A stretch of DNA of 52,881 bases from Octopus bimaculoides (Eukaryota), in NCBI RefSeq assembly GCF_001194135.2, contig NC_068981.1, positions 159,071,402 to 159,124,282 on the forward strand, written 5' to 3'. This document shows, in pieces, positions 38,071-49,694 of the stretch. The notes beneath the pieces were generated by a model. The model made no database searches. It was not told the DNA's origin and worked only from the letters and a program-made list of their open reading frames with translations. Position 1 is the first letter of the stretch, and the number at the start of each line of letters is the position of its first letter. The translations under genes were made by a program, and so were the position numbers.

Positions 38071-39999
38071 CACAATGTGCTTCTTTCAGTTTCTATCAAC
38101 TAAATCCACCCACAATCCTTTGGTTAGCTAGGAGCTATAGTAGAAGACACTTGTAGAAAGTGTGCCACACAGTGGGACTGAACCCAAGATCACATGGTTA
38201 GGAAGCAAGCTTCTTAACCACACACCCACAATTCACTTATTGTTAAGGCAAGAAGTATAATTAAAAATTTCCTTAATGAATTGTATCAAAATAAAACATT
38301 TAAAAATCTAAAACATAAATTTGTGTGNNNNNNNNNNNNNNNNNNNNNNNNNNNNNNNNNNNNNNNNNNNNNNNNNNNNNNNNNNNNNNNNNNNNNNNNN
38401 NNNNNNNNNNNNNNNNNNNNNNNNNNNNNNNNNNNNNNNNNNNNNNNNNNNNNNNNNNNNNNNNNNNNNNNNNNNNNNNNNNNNNNNNNNNNNNNNNNNN
38501 NNNNNNNNNNNNNNNNNNNNNNNNNNNNNNNNNNNNNNNNNNNNNNNNNNNNNNNNNNNNNNNNNNNNNNNNNNNNNNNNNNNNNNNNNNNNNNNNNNNN
38601 NNNNNNNNNNNNNNNNNNNNNNNNNNNNNNNNNNNNNNNNNNNNNNNNNNNNNNNNNNNNNNNNNNNNNNNNNNNNNNTTGGCTGATGCCAGATGCCAGT
38701 GCCATAAAAAGCACCATTCAAACAATGGGCCTCAAGGAGGCAGGGACAGGTGACCAAGACCTTTGGCGATATATCATACTTGTGTAGACCTGTCAAACCA
38801 AGTGAGACTGTAGTTGTGGCCAACGCCAGTGTCAGGTCAATGGCACCCATGCCAGTGGCATGTGAAATGTACCCACTACACTCTCAGAGTGGTTGGTATT
38901 AGGAAGTGCATCTAGCCATAGGAACCTTGCCAAATCAGATCGAAACCTGGTGCAGCCCCACCCACCCGCTTACCAATTTTCAGTCAAACCGTCCAACCCA
39001 TGCCAGCATGAAAGGCAGATATTAAATGATGATGATGTTGATGATGATGATGATGCTCGTGTTTGTGTTTTGGATTTGTATTTTCATGAGGTTTTGTACT
39101 ATATTTGTATCATATACATACGTTATCATCGTCGTCATCGTCATTTAGCATCTGTTTTCCATGCTGGCATGGGTTAGACAGTTTGACTGAAACTGATAAC
39201 CTGGAGAGCAGCACCCGGTTCCAATCTGACTTGGCATGGTTTTTATGGCTGGATACCCTCCCAAACACCAACCACTCCAAGAGTGTAATGGGTGCTTTTT
39301 ACATGCTACTGGTACGGGTGCCAGTTATGTGACATTGGCATCGGCCAAATCTATGATCTCACTTGGCTTGATGAAAATCTCAATGTAAAAAAATATAAAA
39401 ACAAACAGTCAAAACAGAAACTTATGAGTTAATTGTGAATTGAGGACATTCATTGAATTCAAACCAGAAGATCGTTTTTAATAAAGATATAGAGGATATA
39501 TATTCTTTTCTACTATAGGCACAAGGCCCGAAATTTTGCGGGAGGGGGCCAGTTGATTAGATTGACCCTAGCATGCAACTGGTACTTAATTTATTGATCC
39601 CGAAAAGATGAAAGGCAAAATCGACTTTGGTGGAATTTGAACTCAGAACATAAACACAGCTAAGCATTTTGCCTGGCGTGCTAACATTTCTGTCAGCTTG
39701 CCACCTTATAGAGGATGTATATTACATGAGTGATGTCATGGTAAAAGCCATATCCTAGTCTGAATATTACAAATACATGTTATATAGATATACGCTTGAT
39801 GACACTATGTGACCTAGTATAAACAACAGGTGCTTTGAGTAGGTATCAGGTGACTGAGCTGAGCAATAGTATTGGTAATTCTAGTTTACACAGAAATCAG
39901 ATTTATCATACAAATGAGTAAAAATTTGAAAGAGTATCTTTTTATCTTTTCTCTTTTACTTGTTTCAGTCATTAGACTGTGGCCATGCTGGGCAGGTCA

Positions 40000-41025
40000 T
40001 TGAAAATACTTAATGCTTGCAAGGAATGAAGCCAGTATGTCCGCTGGATGTGTAATGTCAGTGTGCATACACGACAGAGAGTAAGCACCCTGAGAGAAAA
40101 GTTGGATTTAAGAAGCATCAGATATGGTGTGCAAGAGAGACAACTGCGCTGGTATGGTCATGTGTTGTGAATGAATGAGGACAGCTGTGTGAAAAAGTGC
40201 CACACCCTAGCAGTTGAGAGAACCTGTGGAAAAGGTAGACCCTGGAAAACCTGGGATGTGGTGGTGAAGCAAGGCAATGTCTAGTGACTGAAACCTTTGG
40301 AGATATGCTGCGCTTGAGAAGACCCGACAAGCCAAGTAAACCCATAGCCCGTGGCCTATGCCAGTGGGTGTAACCAGCCCACTTATGAATACCCCTCATT
40401 CATTGGACAATAAACTTTGCTTGCAATGACCTATTGAGGCAAGTGAAATCAAAATCAAAATCACTGACATGGCCGATGACAGTACTGGCTGATGACAGTA
40501 CTGGCTGATGACAGTACTGGCTGATGACAGTACTGGCTGATGACAGTACCGGCTGATTGGCACTTGTGCTAGTGTAACATTAAAAGCACATCCGAGCATG
40601 ATTGTTGCCAGGGCCACAGATTGGCTCCCGTGCTGGTGGCACGTAAAAAGCACCATTCAAGCGTGATCATTACCAGCGTTGCCTTACCAGCACATGTGCC
40701 GATGGCACATGAAAAAGAACATTCAAGTGTGGTCATTGCCAGTGCCGCTGGACTGGCTCCTGTGCAGGTAGCACATAAAAAACACCTTTTGAGCGTAGTT
40801 GTTGCCAGAACCGCCTAACTGGCCCTCGTGCTGGTGACACGTAAAAGCACCCACTACACTCTCGGAGTGGTTGGTGTTAAGAACGGCATCCAGCTGTAGA
40901 AACTTTGCTAGATCAGATTGAGCCTGATGCAGCCTTCTGGCTCACCAGTCCTCAGTCAAACCGTCCAAACCATGCCAGCATGGAAAGCAGACATTAAATG
41001 ACGATGATGATGATGATGATGATAA
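40000..41025 (+). mobile_element. 5'-truncated RTE LINE: RT C-terminus, 3' UTR and (GAT)n tail
   Basis: LREKLDLRSIR..QERQLRWYGHVL*M..GKGRPWKTW followed by a repetitive UTR. Confidence 0.85.
40475..40554 (+). repeat. Five tandem copies of a 16-bp unit (gatgacagtactggct)
   Basis: Direct reading; the last copy has one substitution. Confidence 0.95.
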
Positions 41026-41469
41026 AACACAGGATGTATGTCTGTCTGTGTGTTTGTCATGTTAAAACTCAAGATTCACCCAACTGATTTTAATGAAATT
41101 TTACACATGCATTACATAGGGTCCATAGGGCAGATAAACTGCATTTTTTAGGCATTTTCACAGCATTAAGACCTGTAACTTGAAGAGTATCTACTTACTT
41201 TCCTCTAAATTTGCAACAAATATTAACCAGGCTTCTCAAATTGCTGTTGACTAAAAAAAATTTTCAACACCAACTATGCCCCCCCCCCCACCAAATGCAG
41301 ATTAATCAGATTTAAGTATACTGCATTGGGTCTTAGCTTTGTTTAAGGCCATTTTCTGATAATAACATATTGACACTATTCATGCATTATCGGTAGTGTA
41401 TAATATTCCATGAAAATTTTTTTGTCCAGTTTGGCAGAGGAAATGAGAACATTAAAATTTTTGTCAGTG

Positions 41470-42140
41470 TGCTGTTGATGCTTCAGGTTACCATCCAGCA
41501 CACCACCGGACCATGTGCATGCGTGTGCAACTGGGTAAAGGCACAACAAACCCATTCATCCATTCTCCAAAAGTACCCTGTTGATCTTTCATGTTTCCAA
41601 TCCTGCACAATGCAGCATGGCCCAACAGCATTTCTGCTTTCTATGTCATCCATGTCTGAACTATATAATGCAAAATGTTCATACAAAAAAAAAAACTGTT
41701 CTAGTGACTCACAGCCATTTGAGTTTTACCACGTGACCACTTCCAGAAGCTACACTCACCACCTGCAAATTAGTCCCGCTTGTGTTCCCTCCACCATTTA
41801 GTCAGATGAGTAAATACAGGGTATCCCAGAATTAATGATTATTTGCATGAAATTGGATGCACTTTTTTATAAAACTTACTTTTATTTAAGTTTATCATGT
41901 TTAATATGTGTTAAAAGTGTATAAATTTTGAATTTTGTTTATAATTTTATTTTTGTTTCTGTTGGACCCCTCTTATTTGTCCATGACAGCTTTTTTTCAA
42001 TTTGACAGCAATCATTTTCTTTACCTCCAGCCCTAAGATGGAGCAATTGTTTAGCTGAGCTTAAAGAACACATTCAGTTAGCAGTGCAGGAGCTAACTTC
42101 TAAAATGCTTCAAAATGTGTTTCACAATGCTAAAGAAAAT
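41470..42140 (+). mobile_element. Degraded Tc1/mariner-type transposase remnant
   Basis: GTTNPFIHSPKV and ELKEHIQLAVQELTSKMLQNVFHN resemble DD37D/Tc1-like motifs. Confidence 0.45.
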
Positions 42141-42194
42141 TTGGAGTACACAGGGATACAAACATATTAAGGAAATGAATAAAAATTGAAACCC

Positions 42195-42350
42195 ATCAGT
42201 GGCTTTTGGGATACCCTGTAGTAATGGAAAAATTAACCATTTGCTCTACATGGATGATCGGAAGCTTTTTAGTAAGAATGAAAAAGAGATAGATTCCTTA
42301 ATACAGACTGTAAAACTCTTCAGCAAAGATATAGGAATGGAATTTTTCTT
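42195..42350 (+). mobile_element. R4/Dong-type RT fragment
   Basis: KINHLLYMDDRKLFSKNEKEIDSLIQTVKLFSKDIGMEF contains the YMDD catalytic motif. Confidence 0.85.
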
Positions 42351-42699
42351 CCAATCAGTTAAGATCAGAAGCCATGAGAGCCACTGCTTGATACTGCATC
42401 AGGGCATATTATTATCATTATTATTATTATTGGTGAAAGTTTCAAAAATGGCAAGAGTGGAAGGTACCTCTCTCTAAGTGTAGACCTGTGAATCGGAGAG
42501 AAGGCGGTGCTCCAGCATGGCCACAGTCAAATGACTGAAACAAGTAAAAGAGTAAAAGAGAGAGTAGTGTTGTGCAAATTTCTCATTCACAAAAAGTAAA
42601 CATGGAGAAAGAGAGCCAAGGAAATGAAATACAAGAAATGATCGATCACATCAACAACAGGGCTCCAACATGGCCACAGACTGGTTGAAATAGGTAAAA

Positions 42700-42744
<45 letters not shown>

Positions 42745-44559
42745 TGTCTGTCTGTCTATCTACCTATCTATCTAACATTAGGAAAATGTGTAATGTCTTT
42801 ATTTGAATCTTAGTCCTCAATATCGTCGATGTCTATATTATTTTATGGAAGTTGTAAAACTTCCAAAACTTGTGAAAAATCACGTAACCGAGATTTCTTC
42901 CATTTTAATACCAGTTTGTTGAAACTGCCATGTTGCACCAACCGTTTCTTTAGTTTTGCAGCTGTTGTAACCAATACATCAATCTTTAACCAAGCTCAGT
43001 TTGTTTAGATACAACAACATGTCAACCAAAACAGAGACTCATCCAAAACAATACGATGTGAAGAGGGGGAAAACAAAAAAAAAAAAAGTAAAAATGGTTC
43101 TACCAAAATTTTTCAAGGTGGTGCCCCAGCATGGCCGCAGTCTAGTGACTGAAACAAGTTAAAGATAAACGGTGAAGATTTCTGCACTTAAGGGTTCAAT
43201 GATAAGTTTTCAGTTTACTCAGAGACTACTTTCTGTTGCCGCAATATCTGTACAGCTTGGAACCTCTGACAATTGTTTGAAAGTTGAAGGATTTATTAAT
43301 TGATGCAATGCTTTGTCAAAACCCAAAGATTTTAGCCGGTGGGTATAAAAACTTTATTGCACATAAAAATACTGTGAAACTTTAGAGTGAAAAGCAAGAA
43401 GGCAGAACTAACTATTAATCAGAATTTGTCAACAGTAGTGAATAAAACTCAACTAAAAGGAAAAAAAAAGTATCGCTGTTATTTACGATCGGTTGCGAAA
43501 GTGATCCGGTTTTTATTTATTAATAAATTTGCAACATTGCGATGTTTCTAATGAAAATGTCGCGTATCATGATAGCAGTAATTACAATAAAGTGTCTGAA
43601 CTTTTCTGCGATATTTTGGATACACTTTTAGCAAAGACTCAAATTAAGAGAAGTATTTTCAACGATACCCAAAACTGTGTCGTTATGAAAGTTTTTTTGC
43701 ATCAACCGAGTAATAAACTTTCGATTATTGGATATCTCTATTTTGTGTGTGTGTGCGCGCACGCGTGTGTTTCCTACTATTAAATGTGATGGAATTTGTG
43801 AGCCAACAGGTAACTGAAATACAAACCAGTGTAGGATTTATAAAAGCAGGAGTCGAACCAGAATGCTTGATCGCTTTAATTGTAACCAAAGACTAGAAGG
43901 TTGAAATTTTGACTAATAGTACTATTCAATGTTTTGAAAAGCATTTCATCCGAGAATTGTGACGATGCCTCAATAATTTCTGGTGGTAACAGGGGCGTCC
44001 AGAAAACAATGCAACTTACAAAAAAGGGTGAGCGGGGTAGAAATTCTGCATGTGTACTATTTCAATCATCAGTTACATTTAGTGATTGTTCACACGACTG
44101 AAGATAATGACATTGAATTATTTTTCAGGAACTATAAATAACTTTCTACATAAATCAAACTTGTTTACAACACATGGGTACAAATTTGAAGCGTTTACTA
44201 GAATAATTGTTAACAGGACATCTAGCAGCTGTTACTACCATTATTTCCAATCATGAATACATCATGCAAGTGTATGAGAATGAGAGTTCTGGCATAAGCA
44301 TCAAAACTGGTATCTTGAAACATTACTAGCCTCTAGTAAATCATTATTGCTATTCTTCTTGAAGATATTCCTGAAGGCTCTTGAACCACCCGATAAATTG
44401 CTACAACGGTAAGGTCGCAATATGTCTGAAGGAGCTTCATAAATTACGGTACTTAATATTTTAAAGGAGATAAAAATAACAGAAGGAAACTTAAGAAATT
44501 CTGTCAGACTAACAAATTTAATTTAGAAGACGATTGTTCTATTCCTCAATTCCTCAATA

Positions 44560-44775
44560 AACGAGTTGCATTTCAGAACACTTAGCGTAATCATTAATAC
44601 TAGCTGGACTCGTGAAAAATTCACGGAAATGCCATGAGAAAAATACCTTAGGAATGAGAACCCAGGTTCGAAATTTCCACCAAGACACCTGATGAAGGTT
44701 GGAGGGTATATCAGCTGAAACGTTGTGTTAACAACAAAGAAGGTGAGGACAAATATCCGTCAAATGTAAATAATA
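44560..44775 (+). mobile_element. Penelope-like repeat with a minimal hammerhead-like motif
   Basis: gacac-CTGATGA-aggttg..cagct-GAAA-cgtt-gtgtt at 44684-44729. Confidence 0.55.
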
Positions 44776-46302
44776 TAAGTAATGCTATTGTAAAATTGAA
44801 AGATGATACAAATACAGATAGACAGTTCTTCGTTCAATTCGATCAAATGAATTATCGGCTCACTGAATTAACTTGTATGCAGTTGAGCACTCCACAAGCA
44901 CCTGTAACATAATTTTCAGGCAGAATCAACGTGACACTTTGTAACGGCTTCTATGTCTCATAAGGTATGGGGCGACGCAGTGATATCGAACCTAGAACCT
45001 CGTTGTTACGAAGCGAATTTCTCAACCATTCAGCCAAACATACAAATAAATAAATAAATTACTATGCAAAGTTTGAGAATTAGTCTGAATTAGAGTGATC
45101 ACCGATAAAGTCTTGAAGCCCAGTTCTAACTCAGCACCTGAACCTCGCGACGGGCCTGCAGGCATCAGACGACCCTGCATAAAACGCTAATCTTATTGTA
45201 AGTTTTTTTAACCGGATACAAAATAAGAGCTCAAAAGCCATACGCTAGGCACATCGAAAATCAAATGAATAAGCTTGTTACGCTGCACTCGAGCCGTACT
45301 ACAATTCATCTTTTGTATTTTTATTTTTTATTTTTGTATAAGTCAAACAAGGAAGAAACGCGCTCGAATAGGACTCATTAGAGCTGGTTACCCGGTTTCC
45401 ATATCGTATTGGTGACCGAGATCACAACAATCCCCATAAACGGGACGCTAGTCTGTCGCAGAATTCTCATTTACAGCTGAGTAGACTGGAGTAACCTCAA
45501 GTGTTTTGCTCAAGAGCACGGTCAGGTAATCGAATCTTATCATGCGGACATGCATGCAACACCATGACCATCAGGTCATGCACTTTTACGATGAAAAGAA
45601 GGAAGGAAGTTATATTAGACAGAGAGAACCTAACCAAAATGCTTACAGAAAGGTTGTCGATTCCGCAAAAAACAGTTGTGCATTGATCAGTTGGTGGAAT
45701 TAAATAGAGCGATAGATTGAGTATATCACATGAGAACAGGAATGTTTGTCTCCTAAATTCAAGACATGAATAATTGAATACACTTGTTCAGGTGCCTTGC
45801 AATAAGATCGAACCCGGAATCACGAGAATGCGAAGCGAACAACTGAACCACATAGCCTCGTCTGCGCCCCATACTTGTTTCCAAACACTTATTTTATCGA
45901 ATTTTGATAAATGAAAGATAAATTCGATTTCAGTGATTTCTGTATGAGGCTTTGAAGATTCTTCTGTTGACCGCATTCCTTTTAAATACTAATATAAAGG
46001 CTCTCAAACATAATCACAATGACATAAAATACTATAGAGGAAGGAGAGGATAGTTTAACTTATATAACCAACGTCAGTACTTCATTAGTATATCTTATAT
46101 TATTTTATCGCTGAAAGACAAATGTGATGACATCAAAATTGGAATTGGTTAAAGGGTATTGCGCGCTTGTGCACGAGAGAGAAAGAGAGAGAGAGAGAGA
46201 AAAAGAGAGAGAGAGAGAGAGATGCGTATGTGTGTGGATATGTATGTAAATAACGATTACAGTCACAGAAAAGAAAGTAAACAAAGTTACATATTTCCTT
46301 AC

Positions 46303-46429
46303 CAGAAAGAAATGCTTTATCTGACAATCGAACTTTCAAGCCAGGATTTTCTGCATTTGTAAAAACAGCATTGTAAAATACCGTACTAATAAGTAAAAGT
46401 ACAGTTTTAAGTAGCATGCTGGATAACAT
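46303..46429 (-). CDS. LBP/BPI: LBP/BPI exon 1: MLSSMLLKTVLLLISTVFYNAVFTNA|ENPGLKVRLSDKAFLS (signal peptide + N-terminal motif), ends phase 1
   Basis: ATG at 46429; hydrophobic leader; NPG-x-x-R-x-S/T motif typical of the family; donor TCTG|GTAAGG. Confidence 0.9.
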
Positions 46430-46496
46430 TGTGAATGTTTGTGTGAGTAGACGAGGTGACAATAAAAACTAAGCTCGTGATTAGAGTAGACAAGAA

Positions 46497-46550
46497 ATTA
46501 TATATAAAAGCTTAGTGTGTCAAACAGGATTTAAACTATTGTCACGTGAC
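46497..46550 (-). promoter_or_regulatory. Candidate proximal promoter of the LBP/BPI gene: TATA-like tract plus GTCACGTGAC palindrome
   Basis: TATATATAA on the minus strand at about 46498-46506, about 70 bp above the ATG; perfect GTCACGTGAC at 46541-46550. No transcript evidence. Confidence 0.4.
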
Positions 46551-47139
46551 ATCTTGTGACAGTCTTGCTCGAATGCACTATTATAATTCACTCACACAAA
46601 AAAAAATAAATAAATAAAAGGGAAATGTAAACTATTAGGCACATATCTAATCAATTACATAGATTGGTGTTAGAAATTGAAGTATTTTGTTTGATACGAA
46701 CATTTTAAATTTATACAACTTGATAAATGTATACAAGGAAAGAATATTAGAGATAGAAAACTTATTCCTACACATCCGTAAATAACATCCTAGAGTGGAA
46801 CACTAAATGCTATTATGATTTTCCTTTTTTTGTTTTCCTATTTTAAAAATTTTGTTTTGATTTTGAAACCTTTTTTACTCGTAAGTTGTCGATTCAATCA
46901 CACACAAAGCCAAAGGAAAAACATTTGATTGCTCGATCTCCTAGAAAAGGTGACCGAATTTCACCGAAACCCTACCATCTTAAAAACTGCAAGGATATCG
47001 TTTAGATGATAATTTTGATGTATTTCCTGACAATAAGATGACTAGAATGTTTTGAACATAGGTTTACTTAATCATCTTGAGAAAGCCACAAAGGGACACA
47101 GATAGTATGGTGAAGGACTAGAATACTTTATCGTATTTA

Positions 47140-48480
47140 CCATCTTAAAGCATGGGCACTCTGTAGTTGCCCGGGGACTTCGTGAGTTCAAAGATGCATC
47201 TATATAATGTATCTATAATGCTCTTGTACAAAAACAAGGGGAAGAAGAGTGTATGTGATAACCACAGGAGAATATGTTTGTTGTGCATAACTGGAAAAGT
47301 TTTTGCGAAGCTGATCCTCAACTGCATGTAGTAAACAGCGAATATCCTGAACCCCAATGTGGATTTCGGGCTGGGAGAGACACAGTTGACATGATTTTTG
47401 CCCTTCGGTAAGTTCAAAAAAGAGCAAGTGAGCAAAATACTGACTTGTACACGATCTTTATCGACTTGACCAAGGCTTTCGATATACTTAATCGCGAGGT
47501 GCTCTGGAAAATTTTGTGAAAAGTTGGTCTTCCTGATAAAATGATAAGGGTAATAGTATCCCTAGATAAAGGAATGGTGGCACCAGTGATATCTAGCAGT
47601 GAATGTCCAGAGGCATTTTCCGTTGGAACCAAACAGGGCTGTGATTTAGCTCTTATACTTTTTTCATATTCTTTTCAATGATACTCCAACATGCTTTTAG
47701 AGATTACCATGAAGGTGTAAAATTCCAGCTTTGCATAGAAAGAGGTCTACTAAACCTAAAAGGGAAAAGTTTCAGATCAAAGAAAAAGACCAAGGAAGAG
47801 ATTCTATGTGCTTTTCTGTTTGCTAATGATCGTGCTTTGATTTCTTATACATTTGAGGGAATTTAGGAAACAGTTGATAGGCTTTCTGCAACAGCTCGTA
47901 CATTTGGACTATCAGCATTGAACAGACAAAGCTTTGTTCCAACCAAGGCCTGGGGCAGAACATACTCAGGATTTGAATGTGATGATTGACAACAAACCAC
48001 TCAAATGGATCAGATCATTTAAATATCTTGGAAACGCAGTAAACTCGAAGAGCACTCTTGATGACGAAATCAATGTTAGAATATTTAAGGCTATAAACGC
48101 TTTTGGAAAACTTTTCCATCGTTCGAGCGAGAAGTACGGTGTTCGTCTGAAAACTATAATTGCATACAAATCTTGTATTTTGAGCACATTTTTGTATGGG
48201 ACTGAAACATGGTCTCCCTACTACAGATATATAAAGAAACTTGAAACCTTTCACATGTGTCGTCTGCGCAATACCTTCAACATAAAAATAGTAAGATAAG
48301 ACATCAAATGTCAAAATCTTAGAAAAATGTGATATCTTCAGGATCAAAAGCATGCTGCTGACAATTCAGTACAGATGGGTAGGACATGTCATTTGAATGA
48401 AAGATGACTGCATTCCCAAAATTCCTTTCTATGACCTACAAGTAGTGTGATACCGCGGTAAAGGAAAACCCGTCCTTGTG
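47140..48480 (+). mobile_element. RTE-clade LINE reverse transcriptase pseudogene
   Basis: PEPQCGFRAGRDTVDMIFALR..FIDLTKAFD, FKYLG, FLYGTETW and RWVGHV motifs; stops and frameshifts. Confidence 0.92.
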
Positions 48481-49400
48481 TATGAGGATAAATTGAAGGA
48501 ATTGCTGAAGTCCCTCCAACTTAAATCACATCCTGCTGTCAGCAGACAAAATTACCCAGTCTCAGGCGAAATCAGAATTGTGAATGACAGTAGTGAGACG
48601 GTGGTGTGCCTCACGCGGGCGGTCGCCACCAACAAGGTGGAAAAATTATCAGAGGACGATGTTGAAGAGTGTCTGGGAGCCATAATGAGGAGGACTGCAT
48701 TTATTAGCAGAAGAGGAAGGTGCAGCGCGGTGGAGGTGTGGTTTGCCACCAAGGAGGAAGCGGCCTCACATTCCACCACTGTTCTGCGGTCGGACAGGGT
48801 GCTACCCGCGTGTGGGGACGGGCGCGGTGTTTGAGTCTGAGTGGGGAGGGTGCCACCTGAATTGGAAACAGAGTGGGGCACTGGCTGCCGCTGAGGACGA
48901 TCCAGAGTTAGGAAGGGTGGGAGGAACAAACATGTTAAACTGATGGGGATGCGGTGTTGAGATGTAGCTTTTTGTCACTTTTGAAGATACTGAGAGGGTC
49001 CCCTACCAGATGGAGATTGCAGAGAAGGGTTCGCTTGAAGTTAATGTGGAGGGTCGTCGGTCCAGTTGTTACATATGTGGAGTAGGAGGTCATATGAGGA
49101 CATAGTGCCCCAAGTACGAACATGCTCAGAGTGAGAAGGTGGTGGAGGGGAACCAGGAAATGGAGATGGAAAAGGAAGTTGAAGTAGAGAAGGGCAGAGA
49201 GGACATATGCGATGCAAAGTCAGAAGAGGAGACCAGCAACAGAAGCCGAGAGGACGCCCCAAAAAGGTGGGGAGCTGCCTAAACTTGAGCATATGCATGC
49301 AGTAGAGACAAAATCAGGAGAGAAGGAAAGTCATAGGAAGTTCTTGATAATCTGCAAGAGGAGTGTGGAGGGGAAGGAGGAGTATCAAGGTGGAAGGGAC
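48480..49400 (+). mobile_element. Retroelement ORF1/gag-like remnant with CCHC zinc knuckle
   Basis: 118-aa ORF at 48478, then CYICGVGGHMRT*CP (CX2CX4HX4C) near 49070-49115; purine-rich. Confidence 0.6.
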
Positions 49401-49694
49401 TGGTGAGGGTGAGGCTGCCCAGAGAGGGATTCAATGAAAGTGAAAGGGGTGTTCTAGTGAATGTAGAGGGATGTGATGTGTTCATGGATTCATATGGTGG
49501 ATTGGTGAATGTGATGGACAGGCTGTGGTTTTGTGACACTCCGCCGCCGTAGTGGAATGTGAAGAGTTGGGAAGATTAGAGATATGATATGAATAATATA
49601 TAAAAAAAACATCATGATGAAAATGTGAACTTATTGTTTCTTTTTTTAAAAAAAAAGGTAAAAAGAAAAAAAACTGTTCAAAATCGTGTCTGAA

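Larger units (their letters stand above)
3290..46429 (-). other. LBP/BPI: LBP/BPI-family gene model (12 exons found, 3' end incomplete)
   Basis: Exons with GT-AG borders and compatible phases join into: signal peptide, NPGLKVRLSDKAFL, IPDQSG, GACSAS, ICS, GEVFW, LNTTC-CIG-LIPE, YPN, FVLPSLN. This is the motif order of two-domain LBP/BPI proteins. The only phase break is between the exons at 26120 and 23047. Confidence 0.93.

Noticed and set aside
40475-40554. 16-bp tandem repeat as a CRISPR-like array
   Set aside because: There are no spacers; it is a minisatellite within an RTE 3' UTR in a eukaryotic genome.
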